A DNA stretch of 64,000 nucleotides from assembly GCA_965655095.1 (NCBI GenBank), contig OZ296648.1, positions 73,966,001 through 74,030,000 of the forward strand. The letters are read 5' to 3'. Each line of letters opens with the position of its first letter. The first letter of the stretch is position 1. The DNA is from Haplodiscus bocki. Its lineage: Eukaryota. The translations under genes were made by a program, and so were the position numbers. This document shows, piece by piece, positions 37,501 to 50,539 of this stretch. The notes below the pieces were generated by a model. It was not told the origin of the DNA. It was given only the letters and a program-made list of their open reading frames with translations, and searched no databases.

Positions 37501-40500
37501 ACGCATTGCCTGCTTCTTTACTGTATAGTTCATTGGAGCAATTGCAGAGTAGAGTGATTTTGCGTGCTCAATATCTACAGACTTTAAATGCACTAACAGA
37601 TCAGAACTAGATTATTTCGATGAGATTGATCTACTTTTTGTACAATAACGTAATCTGTTGTCTATAAGTGGCAACAAATCAATCAATATTTGCCCGTAGT
37701 GAACAGACGTTGAGTCTCGATACCAGGCTATTGGCTCTGACCCCGACGCAAAAGTGCACTTAGCAGAACAACTTGCATCGCATGTTGGAGGGATTTGTAG
37801 AAGACAGTGTATGTGGTTTGTAGCACAGCATTTAGACCTAGTTCACTTTGATGAGAAGAATTGTGCTTGTCGTGAGTAAAACTGAATCCGCGATGTGTTT
37901 CAGCAGTCGTATTTTCAACATAAAAAATTTACTTGCAAAATTATTCACAAAAATCATCGAAGCTCAACAATAACAATGTAGAGATATTTTTACTGAATCA
38001 CGGAATTAAAAGTTTACACCGTATTTAACAACGAGATCTCAAATGTTTTTTTTTGCATAATATCAAAGAAATGTTAATATGTTGTTGAGAAAACTAAAAT
38101 TTTTCTTAGTTTGGTTGTAAAATCCTATATGTTAACCACCTGTAAATATGTCCCAAATGTTTTATGTCTCGGCAGACCAAAGAATGATGTAAAGACGCAA
38201 CTCTTACGCAGAAAAATACTTCTCGTTTTTGGTTCTTTTCAGCTCTTCGTTCCCATTGTAGTTTTAGTGATCAGAGGCGACGTTATCACATTTAGCAACA
38301 TCCTACCTTGCTTCAACGCGCCATTGAGATTCTGAGTTATTGTCAAGCAGTTCCGCAAGTTCATCAATTCATTAATGCTTTATTTGCATCAGCTTACAAT
38401 TGTCCTTTTTTGGCACGAACAATTTTGAGTGGCAAACTATTTTGTTCACTGTTTTGGCGAGGATGAAAAAAACAATAATGAGCTACATGAAAACCCAACC
38501 CATAATACTGATTTGTCACAATCATTCGCTTCTGAAATATAACCAACTAAATAAAAGCAGCAAAAAGACAAGATAACATTCAGAGATCTTGAACTGGTTT
38601 GTCCCAAAAATCCAACGATTTTCACTCTCGATTGTTGTTGCCAAAGACACTTTTGCTTAACTTATAAATATTTTTATGAACAGTCATCTAGCTTCGATGC
38701 TTTCTTCCCAATTTTTGTATCTTAGGACAAAAAGGCTCAAATTCAGAAGACTTCCTTACCCGGACACAAACATTACAAGGAACAATAAAACTTTCACAGC
38801 TCCAATCACTACATTTTCCAGATATTGAACATTTCTGCCTTTCAATCTGCACAGTCAAAAAAAGTCTTGTGTCGGAATGGGTGGCTGGACCGAATCAACA
38901 TTTCTTCATCTGCTTTGAGATTCAAAAGATCTTCAATTGCGGAACAGCCATGATGTTACAAAGTTTTACTTATCTGTCAACAAAGTGTTCAGAATCTTGC
39001 AATTTCTGGTCCCCTCCGCAAAAATTTCAACCTCTACATTTTAAGAAAGAACGTTTGTGAACTCACTGTTATCCAAACTTCCACTGTTCCGCACACATCC
39101 GTGCAAATTAACTCTTCACCAGAAGACTCGTCTTTATGGGTTTGTACCTTTTTGGAGGACGCAAAAAGTAACCTTCGTAGCAGGCATTTTTAAGACACAA
39201 AAAACGTCTCTTTTTGTTTCCAAGTTCCTTTTTTTTATAAAAAAAGACAAAATTTGGTTTCGGACGTTGTCACGTGACCTTTTTTAATGCTTTGCAAAAA
39301 TCCCGTGAAAATATTTACTATACCCTTGGAGAGAAACCGGAGAAACCTTTGTTTCAAGACTCAACGCATTGCCTGCTTCTTTACTGTATAGTTCGTTGGA
39401 GCAATTGCAGAGTAGGGTGATTTTGCGTGCTCAATATCTACAGACTTTAAATGCACTAACAGATCAGAACTAGATTAATTCGATGAGATTGATCTACTTT
39501 TTGTACAATAACGTAATCTGTTGTCTATGAGTGGCAACAAATCAATCAATATTTGCCCGTAGTGAACAGACGTTGAGTCTCGATACCAGGCTATTGGCTC
39601 TGAGCCCGACTCAAAAGTGCACTTAGCGGAACAACTTGCATCGCACAATGGAGGGATTTTCAGAAGACAGTGTACGTGGTTTGTAGCACAGCATCTAGAC
39701 GTAGTTTACTTTGAGGAGAAAAATTGTGCTTGTCGTGAGTAAAACTGAATGTGCGATGTATTTCAGCAGTCGTATTTTCAACATAAAAATTTACTTGCAA
39801 ATTTATTCACAAAAAACATCGAAGCTCAACAATAACAATGTACAGATGTTTTTACTGAATCACGGAGTTAAAAGTTTACACCGTTTCTAACAACGAGATT
39901 TTCAATCTTTTTGCATACTATCAAAGAAATGTTAAGAATGTTGTTGTGAAAACTAAAATTTTTCACAGTTTGGTTGTAAAACCCTATTTTTTAACCACTT
40001 GTGATTATGTCCCAAATGTTTTGTGTCTCGGCAGACCAACGCATGATGTAAAGACGCAACTCTTACGCAGAAAAATACTTCTTGTTTTTGGTTCTATTCA
40101 GCTCTTCGTTCCCACCGTAGCTTTAAGGATCGGAAGCGACGTTATCACATTTAGCAACACGCTACCTTTCTTCAACGCGCCATTGAGATTCTGAGTTATT
40201 ATCAAGCAGTTCCGCAAGTTCATCAATTCATTAGTGCTTTAGTTGCATCAGCTTACAAACATCCTTTTTTGGCACCAAAAATTTTGGGTGGCAAAAAATT
40301 TGTTTCACTGCCTTGGCGAGGATGAAAAAAATACTAATGAACTACATGAAAACCCAACCCAGAATACCGAATTGTCACAATCATTCGGTTCTGAAATAAA
40401 ACCAAATATATAAAAGCAGCAATAGGACAAATAAACATTCAGATATCTTGAACAGGTTTGTCCCAAAAAAGCCAACGATGTTCACTCTCGGTTCTTGTTG

Positions 40501-43500
40501 TCAAAGACACTTTTCCCTAACTTATAAAAATTTTTATGACCAGTCATCTAGCTTCGATGCTTTTTTTTCCATTTTTGTATTTTAGGACAAAAAGGCTCAA
40601 ATTCAAAAGACTACCTTACCCAGGCGCAAACATTACAAGGAACAATAAAACTTTCACAGCTCCAATCACTGCATTTTCCAGATACTGAACATTTCTGCCT
40701 TTCAATCTGCACAGTGAAAAGAAGTCCTGTGTCGGAATGGGTGGCTGGACCGAATCAACATTTCTTCATCTGTTTTGAGATGCAAAAGGTCTTCAATTGC
40801 GGAACAGCCATGATGTTACAAAGTTTTACTTATCTGTCAACAAAGTGTTCAAAATCTTGCAATTTCTGGTCCCCTCCGCAAAAATTTCAATCTCTAATTA
40901 TTAAGAAAGAACGTTTGTGAACTTACTGTTATCCAAACTTCTACTGTTCCGTACACTTCCGTGCAAGTTTACTCTTCATCAGAAGGCTCGTCTTTATGGG
41001 TTTGTACCTTTCTGGAGGACGCAAAGAGTAACCATGGTAGCAGGCATTTTTAAGACTCAAAAAACGTCCTTTTGTTTCGAAGTTGCTTTATTTAGAAAAA
41101 AAAATTGGTTTCGGACGTTGTCACGTGACCTTTTTTAAGGCTTTGCAAAAATCCTGTGAATAGATTTAGTATACCCTTGCAGAGAAACCGGAGAAACCTT
41201 TGTTTCAAGACTCAACGCATTGCCTGCTTCTTTACTGTATAGTTCAATGGAGCAATTGGAGAGTAGGGTGATTTTGCGTGCTCAATAGAAACAGACTTTG
41301 AATGCACTAACAGATCAGAACTAGAATATTTCGATGAGATTGTTCTACTTTTTGTACAATAACGTAATCTGTTGTCTATAAGTGGCTACAAATCAATCAA
41401 TAATTGCCCGTTGTGAACAGACGTTGAGTCTCGATACCAGGCTACTGGCTCTGACCCCGACGCAAAAGTGCACTTAGCGGAACGACTTGCATCACATAAT
41501 GGCGGGATTTGTAGAAGACAGTGTACGTGGTTTGTAGCACAGCATCTCGACCTTGTTTACTTTGATGAGAAAATTTGTGCTTGTCGTGAGTAAAACTGAA
41601 TCCGCGATGTATTTCAGCAGTCGTATTTTCAACATAAAAAATTAACTTGCAAAATTATTCGCAAAAATCATCGAAGCTCAACAATAACAATGTACAGATG
41701 TTTTTACTAAATCACGGAGTTAAAAGCTTACACCGTATTTAACAACGAGATTTTCAATCTTTTTTGCATAATATCAAAGAAATGTTAAAAATGTTGTTGA
41801 GAAAACTAAATTTTTTCACAATTTGGTTGTGAAACTCTATTTGCTAACCACTGGTGAATATGTCCCAAAAAAATTATGTCTCGGCAGACCAACGAATGAT
41901 GTAAAGACGCAACTCTTACGCAGAAAAAAACTTCTTGTTTTTGGTTCTGTTCAACCCTTCGTTGCCACCGTAGTTTTAGTGATCGGAAGCGATGTTATCA
42001 CATTTAGCAACATGCTACCTTGCTTCAACGCGCCATTGAGATTCTGAGTTATTATCATGCAGTTCCGCAAATTCATCAATTCATTAGTGCTTTAGTTGTA
42101 TCAGCTTACAAACATCCTTTTTTGGCACGAACAATTTTTGGTGGCAAACTATTTTGTTCTTTGTCTTGGCGAGGATGAAAAAAGTACTAATGGACTACAT
42201 GAAAACCCAACCCATAATACTGATTTGTCACAATCATTCGTTTCTGAAATAAAACCAACGAAATAAAAGCAGCAAAAGGACAAGATAACATTCAGAATCT
42301 TGAAGAGGTTTGTCCCAAAAAAGCCAACGATTTTCACTCTCAATTGTTGTTGTCAAAGACACTTTTGCCTAACTTATAAATGTTTTTATGACCAGTCATC
42401 TAGCTTCGATGTTTTTTTTTCCCATTTTTGTATCTTAGGACAAAAAAGCTCAAATTCAAAAGACTTCCTTACCCATACACAAACACTACAAGGAACAATA
42501 AGACTTTTACAGCTCCAATCACTGCATTTTCCAGATACTGAACATCTCTGCCTTTCAATCTGCACAGTGAAAAAAAGTCTTGTGTCGGAATGGGTGGCTG
42601 GACCGCTTCAACATTTCTTCATCTGCTTTGAGATGCAAAAGGTCTTCAATTGCGGAACAGCCATGATGTTACACAGTTTTACTTATCTGTCAACAAAGTG
42701 TTCAGAATCTTGCAATTTCTGGTCCCCTCTGCAAGAATTTCAAACTCTACATTTTGAGAAAGAAAGTTTTTGAACTCACTGTTATCCAAACTTCTACTGT
42801 TCCGCACACTTTCGTGCAAGTTTACTCTTCATCAGAAGGCTCGTCTTTATGGGTTTGTACCTTTCTGAAGGACGCAAAGAGTAACCATGGTAGCAGGCAT
42901 TTCTAAGACTCAAAAAACGTCTTTTTTGTTTCGAAAATGCTTTTTTTTAGAAAAAAAGACAAAATTTGGTTTCGGACGTTGTCACGTGACCTTTTTTAAT
43001 GCTTTGCAAAAATCCCGTGAAAATATTTACTATACCCTTGGAGAGAAACCGGAGAAACCTTTGTTTCAAGACTCAACGCATTGCCTGCTTCTTTACTGTA
43101 TAGTTCGTTGGAGCAATTGCAGAGTAGGGTGATTTTGCGTGCTCAATATCTACAGACTTTAAATGCACTAACAGATCAGAACTAGATTAATTCGATGAGA
43201 TTGATCTACTTTTTGTACAATAACGTAATCTGTTGTCTATGAGTGGCAACAAATCAATCAATATTTGCCCGTAGTGAACAGACGTTGAGTCTCGATACCA
43301 GGCTATTGGCTCTGAGCCCGACGCAAAAGTGCACTTAGCGGAACAACTTGCATCGCACAATGGAGGGATTTTCAGAAGACAGTGTACGTGGTTTGTAGCA
43401 CAGCATCTAGACGTAGTTTACTTTGATGAGAAAAATTGTGCTTGTCGTGAGTAAAACTGAATGTGCGATGTATTTCAGCAGTCGTATTTTCAACATAAAA

Positions 43501-44752
43501 ATTTACCTGGCAAAATTATTCACAAAAATCATCGAAGCTCAACAATAACAATGTACAGATGTTTTTACTGTATCACGGAGTCAAAAGTTTACACCGTTTC
43601 TAACAACGAGATTTTCAATCTTTTTGCATACTATCAAAGAAATGTTAAGAATGTTGTTGTGAAAACTAAAATTTTTCACAGTTTGGTTGTAAAACCCTAT
43701 TTGTTAACCACTTGTGATTATGTCCCAAATGTTTTATGTCTCGGCAGACCAACGAATGATGTAAAGACACAACTCTTACGCAGAAAAATACGTCTTGTTT
43801 CGGTTCTTTTTAGCTCTTCGTTCCCACCGTAGTTTTAGTGATCGGAAGCGACGTTATCACATTTAGCAACATCCTACCTTGCTTCAACGCGCCATTGAGA
43901 TTCTTAGTTACTATCAAGCAGTTCCGCAAGTTTCTCAATTCATTAGTGCTTTAGTTGCATCAGCTTACAAGCATCCTATTTTGGCACGAATAATTTTGGG
44001 TGGCAAACTATTTTGCTTACTGTCTTGGCGAGGATGAAAAAAATACTAATGAACTATATGAAAACCCAACCCATAATACTGATTTGTCACAATCATTCGC
44101 TTCTGAAAGGTAACCAACTAAATAAAAGCAGCAAAAGGACCAGATAACATTCAGAGATCTTGAACTGGTTTGTCCCAAAAATCCAACGATTTTCACTCTC
44201 GATTGTTGTTGCCAAAGGCACTTTTGCCTAACTTATAAATATTTTTATGAACAGTCATCTAGCTTCGATGCTTTCTTCCCAATTTTTGTATCTTAGGACA
44301 AAAAGGCTCAAATTCAGAAGACTTTCTTACCCGGACACAAACATTACAAGGAACAATAAAACTTTCACAGCTCCAATCACTACATTTTCCAGATATTGAA
44401 CATTTCTGCCTTTCAATCTGCACAGTCAAAAAAAGTCTTGTGTCGGAATGGGTGGCTGGACCGAATCAACATTTTTTCATCTGCTTTGAGATTCCAAAGA
44501 TCTTCAATTGCGGAACAGCCATGATGTTACAAAGTTTTACTTATCTCTCAACAAAGTGTTCGGAATCTTGCAATTTCTGGTCCCCTCTGCAAAAATTTCG
44601 AACTCTACATTTTATCAAGGAACGTTTGTGAACTCACTGTTATTCAAACTTCTACTGTTCCTCACAATTCCGTGCAAGTTTACGCTTCACCAGAAGGCTC
44701 GGCTTTATGGGTTTGTACCTTTCTGGAGGAAGCAAATAGTAACCTTGGTAGC
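37315..44752. repeat. Tandem array, 4 x ~1.86 kb, of an internal Polinton segment carrying the packaging ATPase
   Basis: Unit starts gcaggcattt at 37315, 39180, 41040 and 42893 and ends at 44752 (periods 1865, 1860, 1853, ~1858); about 90% identical by eye. Confidence 0.97.
37500..38230 (-). pseudogene. A32-like DNA packaging ATPase (copy 1; equivalent copies at ~39360-40090, ~41215-41945, ~43075-43805)
   Basis: Minus-strand translation: CVFTSF(F/V)G-AET* (ruined Walker A), LLLSFDDFCE (Walker B), TTAETHRGFS..KHN..HQSELG...LQTTYTVFYKS (the T.GRH arginine-finger region) and WYRDSTSVHYGQILIDLLPLIDNRLRY (C-terminal Polinton ATPase motif). Confidence 0.8.
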
Positions 44753-44830
44753 TGCCGTTGATAGAATCTTCAAAGGTGTTGACAACGTGTCTGTCTGCAA
44801 GCTCATTATTTAGTACAGTGCAAGAGATGA
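44380..44830 (-). pseudogene. Polinton accessory gene, possible DEDD-like exonuclease fold (5' end only in the rightmost copy)
   Basis: CTVLNNELADRHVVNTFEDSINGSYQGYYLLPPERYKP...IFAEGTRNCK...HGCSAIEDL...SSHPFRHKT..CAD*KA. The pattern hhhD/N.E...PP...GC...H.C resembles an exonuclease-like ORF carried by Polintons. Family call is from motif memory only. Confidence 0.4.
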
Positions 44831-47759
44831 TGCTTCAAAAGCTGACATGTTTTCGAATGGAAGGTGAAAAAAGTGTTATAAAAACACATGGTGATAATCC
44901 AATCAAGTGACCCAGCAAACATTTATTATGTCCTGGTTCTTTCATGTAACAGTAGACAGGGCCTTTGCCAGTATGCAACAGCACTGCTGCAGTTGCATCA
45001 TGTACTTTCGAATATAGCTTAAATACCATGAAGTGCTAATTTATAACTTCCAAGTTTGAATCCCTATACCCAATGGTTGCATATAACTCAAAACTTTGAT
45101 CCATCTCACGTAAAGCGACTCCTTCAGCCCAACACCCACATGCACATAGGAAAAAGTCTTCGGGAGCACTATTCTGTTCAAATGACATTTTCACTTTCGA
45201 GTAGTATCGGAAAATGCTCTTTAGAACGAGAAAATGAAGTCATGACGAAAGTTGTTTCAATTGTGAACCGTCGATTCCTCCAGTATATTGCATCGTCTGG
45301 AAAATATGTCATGGTAGCTCGAAAGATAAACTCGTTCAGAGGAAATCTTTTTGTATTCTGTCGTTTCTAATTCCTTTTCCTAGTCTTTCAGTCATATGTT
45401 GTTTCGATAGCTATAGGAGACAAAATTCAGTTTGTCGGTATTAGTCTGGTATTTCCTATATACTTTTATTCCACCCTTGTGTTTTCTTCATTTTACACAA
45501 AACGATTCATCTCTTGAATCAATCTTTTCAATATCTGGCAATTGTTGAACATCTACTAGAGTTAAATTATTCTTTCGGAAGAAGTTGCGGGTTTTTTAGG
45601 CTCAACATGCCAAAGTTCCGTTTTTTTAAACTTGAGAAAACGGTTTTTTTCATCTCCAAATCTTCACCTCAATCTGATTCGACAAAAAGAATAAAGACGC
45701 AAATTGAAACATTTCGATTACTTTCAAAAGACATTACAAGCGAGTTGATTAATAATTACTTTATACTATACAAAACTGATGAATTCAAGCAGAAATTTGC
45801 ATTCTCGGAGCTCACAATTCACATGGACAGTTGGTTTGAAATTTCTCTTTTCCTTTTTTCATAAAAGTATCGGGACTTCAGCATAAGAACTCTGTGGATG
45901 ATCCCCATTGTATCGCAGTGGAGTAACACACTTTTTGTCTGGGGTCGGTCCAAAGCTTTGTAAACAAGCTTGAGTTGTGTTCCCATTTTTGGAGCATTTT
46001 TGGTATCTGTATGGTAAACAAGTTCTGGTCTCTGCCAATGTTTTTTGCTGCAACGAACAGCTCTTTCCTCAACTTTAGAGATTGTTTGAGAACAGATTTA
46101 AAAATTTGTTTGGGACCAAGCAAAAGTCTTTGTTGTCATCTTCTTTGAACACTCTGAGTTTTACATCCAGATAGTCGGAATCATTCTTAGACCCAGAAAA
46201 ACTACAGAATCTGATTTGGCAATTTCCAAAATTCACGAAGTCGGTCTAATATTTTTCGTACGAGGAAGCATTCGTTTTGTAATCCAGGGCGTTTGGTCTT
46301 TAAGATAGACCGCTGGTTGCTGGAAAAAGTTGTTTTTTGGGAAAAAAATTTTAAGAAAGACTTTGGAGGTTCGAAATGTTGCCCAAACTTTCTTTTTTTT
46401 CTCGTTTTCTCATGATAGTTCCAAATAAGGAAATCTTTACCTTTTTTGGTCATTGAGATGACCTACTTTCATGTAGGGTGCCTGTTTTTCGGAAAGTTTG
46501 TAAGAGCAAGTAAAGTTTTGTTTTGTATATTCAATTGTTCGGAAAAGAACTCAAAAATCAGACAGGAGCTTTAAAGTGACAAGTGATACCCTATTTCGAT
46601 TTTTTGATTCACACTTTTCAAAAAACAGTCTTTTTTTCTGCAAACTTATATGAAAGATGTATTATATGTAAAGAATACTGTATTGACCACCACGATGACA
46701 AGCTGTGTTTTCTATTCAAATTCTAGAAAAAAAACATTATAGTGAAAGGAGACGCTGTTGAATTACTTCTGAAGATCGACGCAAGCTGTCTGACACATCA
46801 ATACGTGGACTGCCTCTATACACTGTCCAAAAATTGATTCAATGGAAAATATCTTGCGTGCAGAGGGCAAGTATTTGAAAAGGTGTAGAAAGTAGTCTAC
46901 TTGAAATGAAAATAGAAGAGTCGAGAGAAAACCTAGCATTGCAAGCAAAAGATTCGTCGGAAAAATTTACAAAAAGCATTTCTTGAGCTGCTTCTAGAAG
47001 TCAAAATCAACCCAAACCACCGGATCAATGTTTCCAGAGCTAATTGAACAACATAAAAAGGACAACCTTCGAAATGGAATGTATGAAGTGTGTATAGTTC
47101 ATTTTAAGGTTGTGGCATTTATGATACTTGTATAATTTGTCCTAGAGCTTAATATTTATAAAACAACCATTTCTTCTAGCCCAAAATAGATCTGTTATAT
47201 TGAAAAAGTAGTGCACATGAAGTAGCCAAAAAAACCTAACATCAAATTTAAAGCAATAACGAAACCAAGAGTTAAACAGGCTCCCTTGAATTGCAGGGAA
47301 AAAAACACTATTTTTTAAACGTTTTCATTTTTGTCTTCGCGGACACCTCACCGGATATCGTCCCATATCCAATCTAAATAACGCATAGATTCTCTGTACG
47401 CGTCAGTGTCTTTGAGCGGCTCGAACTTTTTTGTTTCTCCGTGGAACCAATAGAAGATAAACCTACGAGAAAACTTGATTTTCCTTTTTAGAAAAGTCAA
47501 ATTCAGGCAAACAAAGTTAAAAAGATGGAACATTTGATCCAAAGGGTTCTGTTTAGAGCCTCTATGAAATTTTTTTTTGTCAAAAGAAAGGGACTTGTTC
47601 CAAATTGCTAAGGTAAGAGAAGTTTCTTCTATTATACTGGGTTAAGGTATTTTACCTCGAAACGAACAGTTTCCCACTTTTAGCTCTGTACAGCAAACAG
47701 GTATTGATACTGAAAACAGAAAACAGAAATGGTCCTTTAGCAAAAACTTCGAAACTGAC

Positions 47760-48200
47760 TAAAAATCAAACATTGCAGAAACTGTATAACAACGCTCCGT
47801 TTTGTGATTAAAACTGTTTGAAACTTGTCAGAGTTCGAATCAATTTTTTTTAAACGGGTCAGATTCTGAAACAAGCTGTTTCTATTGTGTCTGTTTTTCA
47901 AAGGAAGTTTATCTCGGGAAAACATATTTTGGAAAAAAGTATGCCTTCAGAAAGTCACGTTTTGATTCAATTTACCCCTTAAAATTGACAAAACTTGAAT
48001 TTTGTTTCCATTTTTAAGATAAACGTTTCTGGCGCAAAATCTCTCAGAAAAAAATCACATTCGTGTCAAAAAAGCACAATTTTTAGTTTTTGAATTATAA
48101 AAAAGCAATGTGTCAGATTTTGAATCGTAAAGTGTACAATGGGTCAGATTCGGAAACAAGTTCTTTGACAACGTGTCAGACTTTCAAAGAACAATTTTTG
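47760..48200. repeat. Cluster of short degenerate repeats (gtcagatt(c/t)tgaa), probable small non-autonomous insertion
   Basis: Motif variants at ~47826, 47857, 48112, 48142 and 48174. Confidence 0.45.
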
Positions 48201-50539
48201 CCTTTTGAACGGGAAATCCTACCGAAATCTACGACATAAACTGTTCGAATCTAATTCCCTTATAATACCAGAAGCAGTCACAGCTTGAAAAAACCTCATC
48301 CCAGAATTGACACAATTCGCCGTTCAAACAGTCAGCTTTGTATTCATTTTCGCAAATTTTTTTCGACAATGTTTTTACACCGCTGTCCGATTTTTTTCTC
48401 CGTATAGACTTTATGAAAGCAAAAACTGGCTAACACTAAAAGTGCTGGAAAAACTAGAGCTTCCATAATCTTACACATTTCTGATCAGTTTGCAAAGAGG
48501 TTGTGATAATATTGAAACATTCAACCTACTTGTAAAATATTTACACACACGCGCACTCTGAACTTTTCCGAACAAAACCCTATATACAAATTGCGCCATA
48601 TTTTTTGTTCCTCTTCGAAACGGATGATTTCTGAAAAACCCGGAAGGCTCAGTGGGAAGCTTAGACGCTGGAGTTCTTAGAGAAGTTTTCTCCTTGTCTT
48701 CTTCCTCATGCGACACAATAGGAAATTCTGATGGTAACCCATTTCAAGTCGTTGAAGATTCATGGTGCAAAGGAAGTACCGCCGCTGATATAAAAGCAGC
48801 ATTCTTTTGTAAATGAAGATTTTGCCTGAAGTTGTTGTCCTAACACAAATGGAACATTTCTTTTTTCTTAACTTTGGGCGCTTCAATTGAGACATTAAAT
48901 AACAGTTGCTTTTTGCTTGTCGGGTAACAACTTCATGTTTTTTGGGGAAAAAGTTTGCTTTATTAGTTTTTTTATTCGTTCTTAAGCGCTGCTGTTTGGT
49001 AAAAGGTACTTTGTTTACAAGCAGCCACGCTCCAAACGTTCCACAAACATAGATGGTTATCGCAGTGATTACATGAGAGTCAAAAAACTTGACTTTTTTT
49101 CAACGCACCCTTTGCTGAAACAGGGCGCCTCACCAATTGCCTCTCTTGTTGCGATTTTTTTAGATGGCAAAGTTATTTTCACAAAATGCACACTGGGGTA
49201 GCAAAAAGGTAGCTGTGCTTGAAAAGATTGTAGCCTTTCAGATGGTTAATGTCAACAATCTGTGCAAAAGGGTGTCACCGTGAATGCCGTGTTTCTTGGT
49301 GGAAAAAATACACTGGTTGTTTTTTTTCAAACAGGAGAAAGTCAACGTATTTGACTCTCGGAAAGTTATCGATTAATCGCTGATAAAACGTCTACTTATT
49401 ATTTGGAGCCAAAGTCAGTTTTGGATCTCGGCAGAGCAATTTGTAGGGATTTGCCTTGTTTGTTGGATTTCACGAACTCATGAAGGTTGTCTAATACGAC
49501 GAAAATTTCCATTCTAGTGAAGGATAATTCTTTTTTGAGAAAAAACCGTAGCTGGCTTTGTGTGTCGCTAAATCGGAGTAAAAGGATTGCAAACTTGTTT
49601 TTGTTGGAACCTCTACTGACTCGAAATATCCGGTGATGCTATTGAGAAAAGTCAAATATGATGTGTTGAAAAAGAACATCCTCGTCTGTTTTGTGCAGAA
49701 AAGCTCTCAAGAACTTCTTCGTAGACTGATAATAGGTTGCAAAAACCGTGAAGAGAATTTTTGACAGACATTGACTGTTTTCAACTGAAAATGTTTTGTA
49801 AAATGAATTCGTCCGTTGTGAAGAGATAAAAACTACGGGGATTTTGAGTTTCAGCGAACACAACCCGGGCTTGTCTTCCAATCAAGAAGTTTTGAAAATA
49901 ACTTTTAGAAAAATAAATTGTGAAACTGTTGCTCAGTGGGAAATAACATCGGATAACGAATTTTCTCTGCTGATGAAGTTTTGTCATGCATGTTGTCGTT
50001 CCAACTCTTTTAACTTCCCCAATATTGTCATTATGTGAAACTTACTTTTTTAACCTTTTCATGGAGCCTATTGGCACTTGATAGGAAAGTGTTCTAAGGA
50101 TACTGAAAAATTATTCGTTCAAAATGAACAATTTACTCCAAAATTTGTCTCCTTTTCAGTCGAAAGTTTCCCACCTACTGGAATTTATCAGACCAGCTGT
50201 CGCCTCAACAGTCGCAATTGATCCACTTGTTTTTTTGTTTGAGACAAAATGGATGTCCCATTCAACAAAACAAAATGTTTCTTTTGAAAACTATTGCTGC
50301 TAGTTGGAACGAATGAAAAAGTGATTGTCGACTGTTTTTTTTGCTTCTTGAACCAATGTCTCCCTTTCTAGTCAAATTAAACAGTTTTTCTAGAAAAGGC
50401 AAGAACTATTAAATAAAACTTGCTTAAAGTTGTCCGCCTTTGTTTTTTATCATTGCAACAGTCAAATTGCTAAAATTTTCAGGTTTTTGTCAGAATTTTA
50501 TATCAAACTTTTCAAATAAAACTGCTTTCTTTAGCGCGA

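Noticed and set aside
37315-44752. Adaptive viral gene accordion, or a separate DNA transposon inserted in the Polinton
   Set aside because: Inactivating lesions are shared by all four copies, and the unit is collinear with flanking Polinton genes with no TIR or TSD of its own.
38111-44813. Recurrent plus-strand ORFs in the 1.86-kb array (e.g. 42300..42773)
   Set aside because: They are antisense shadows of the minus-strand ATPase and accessory gene fossils.
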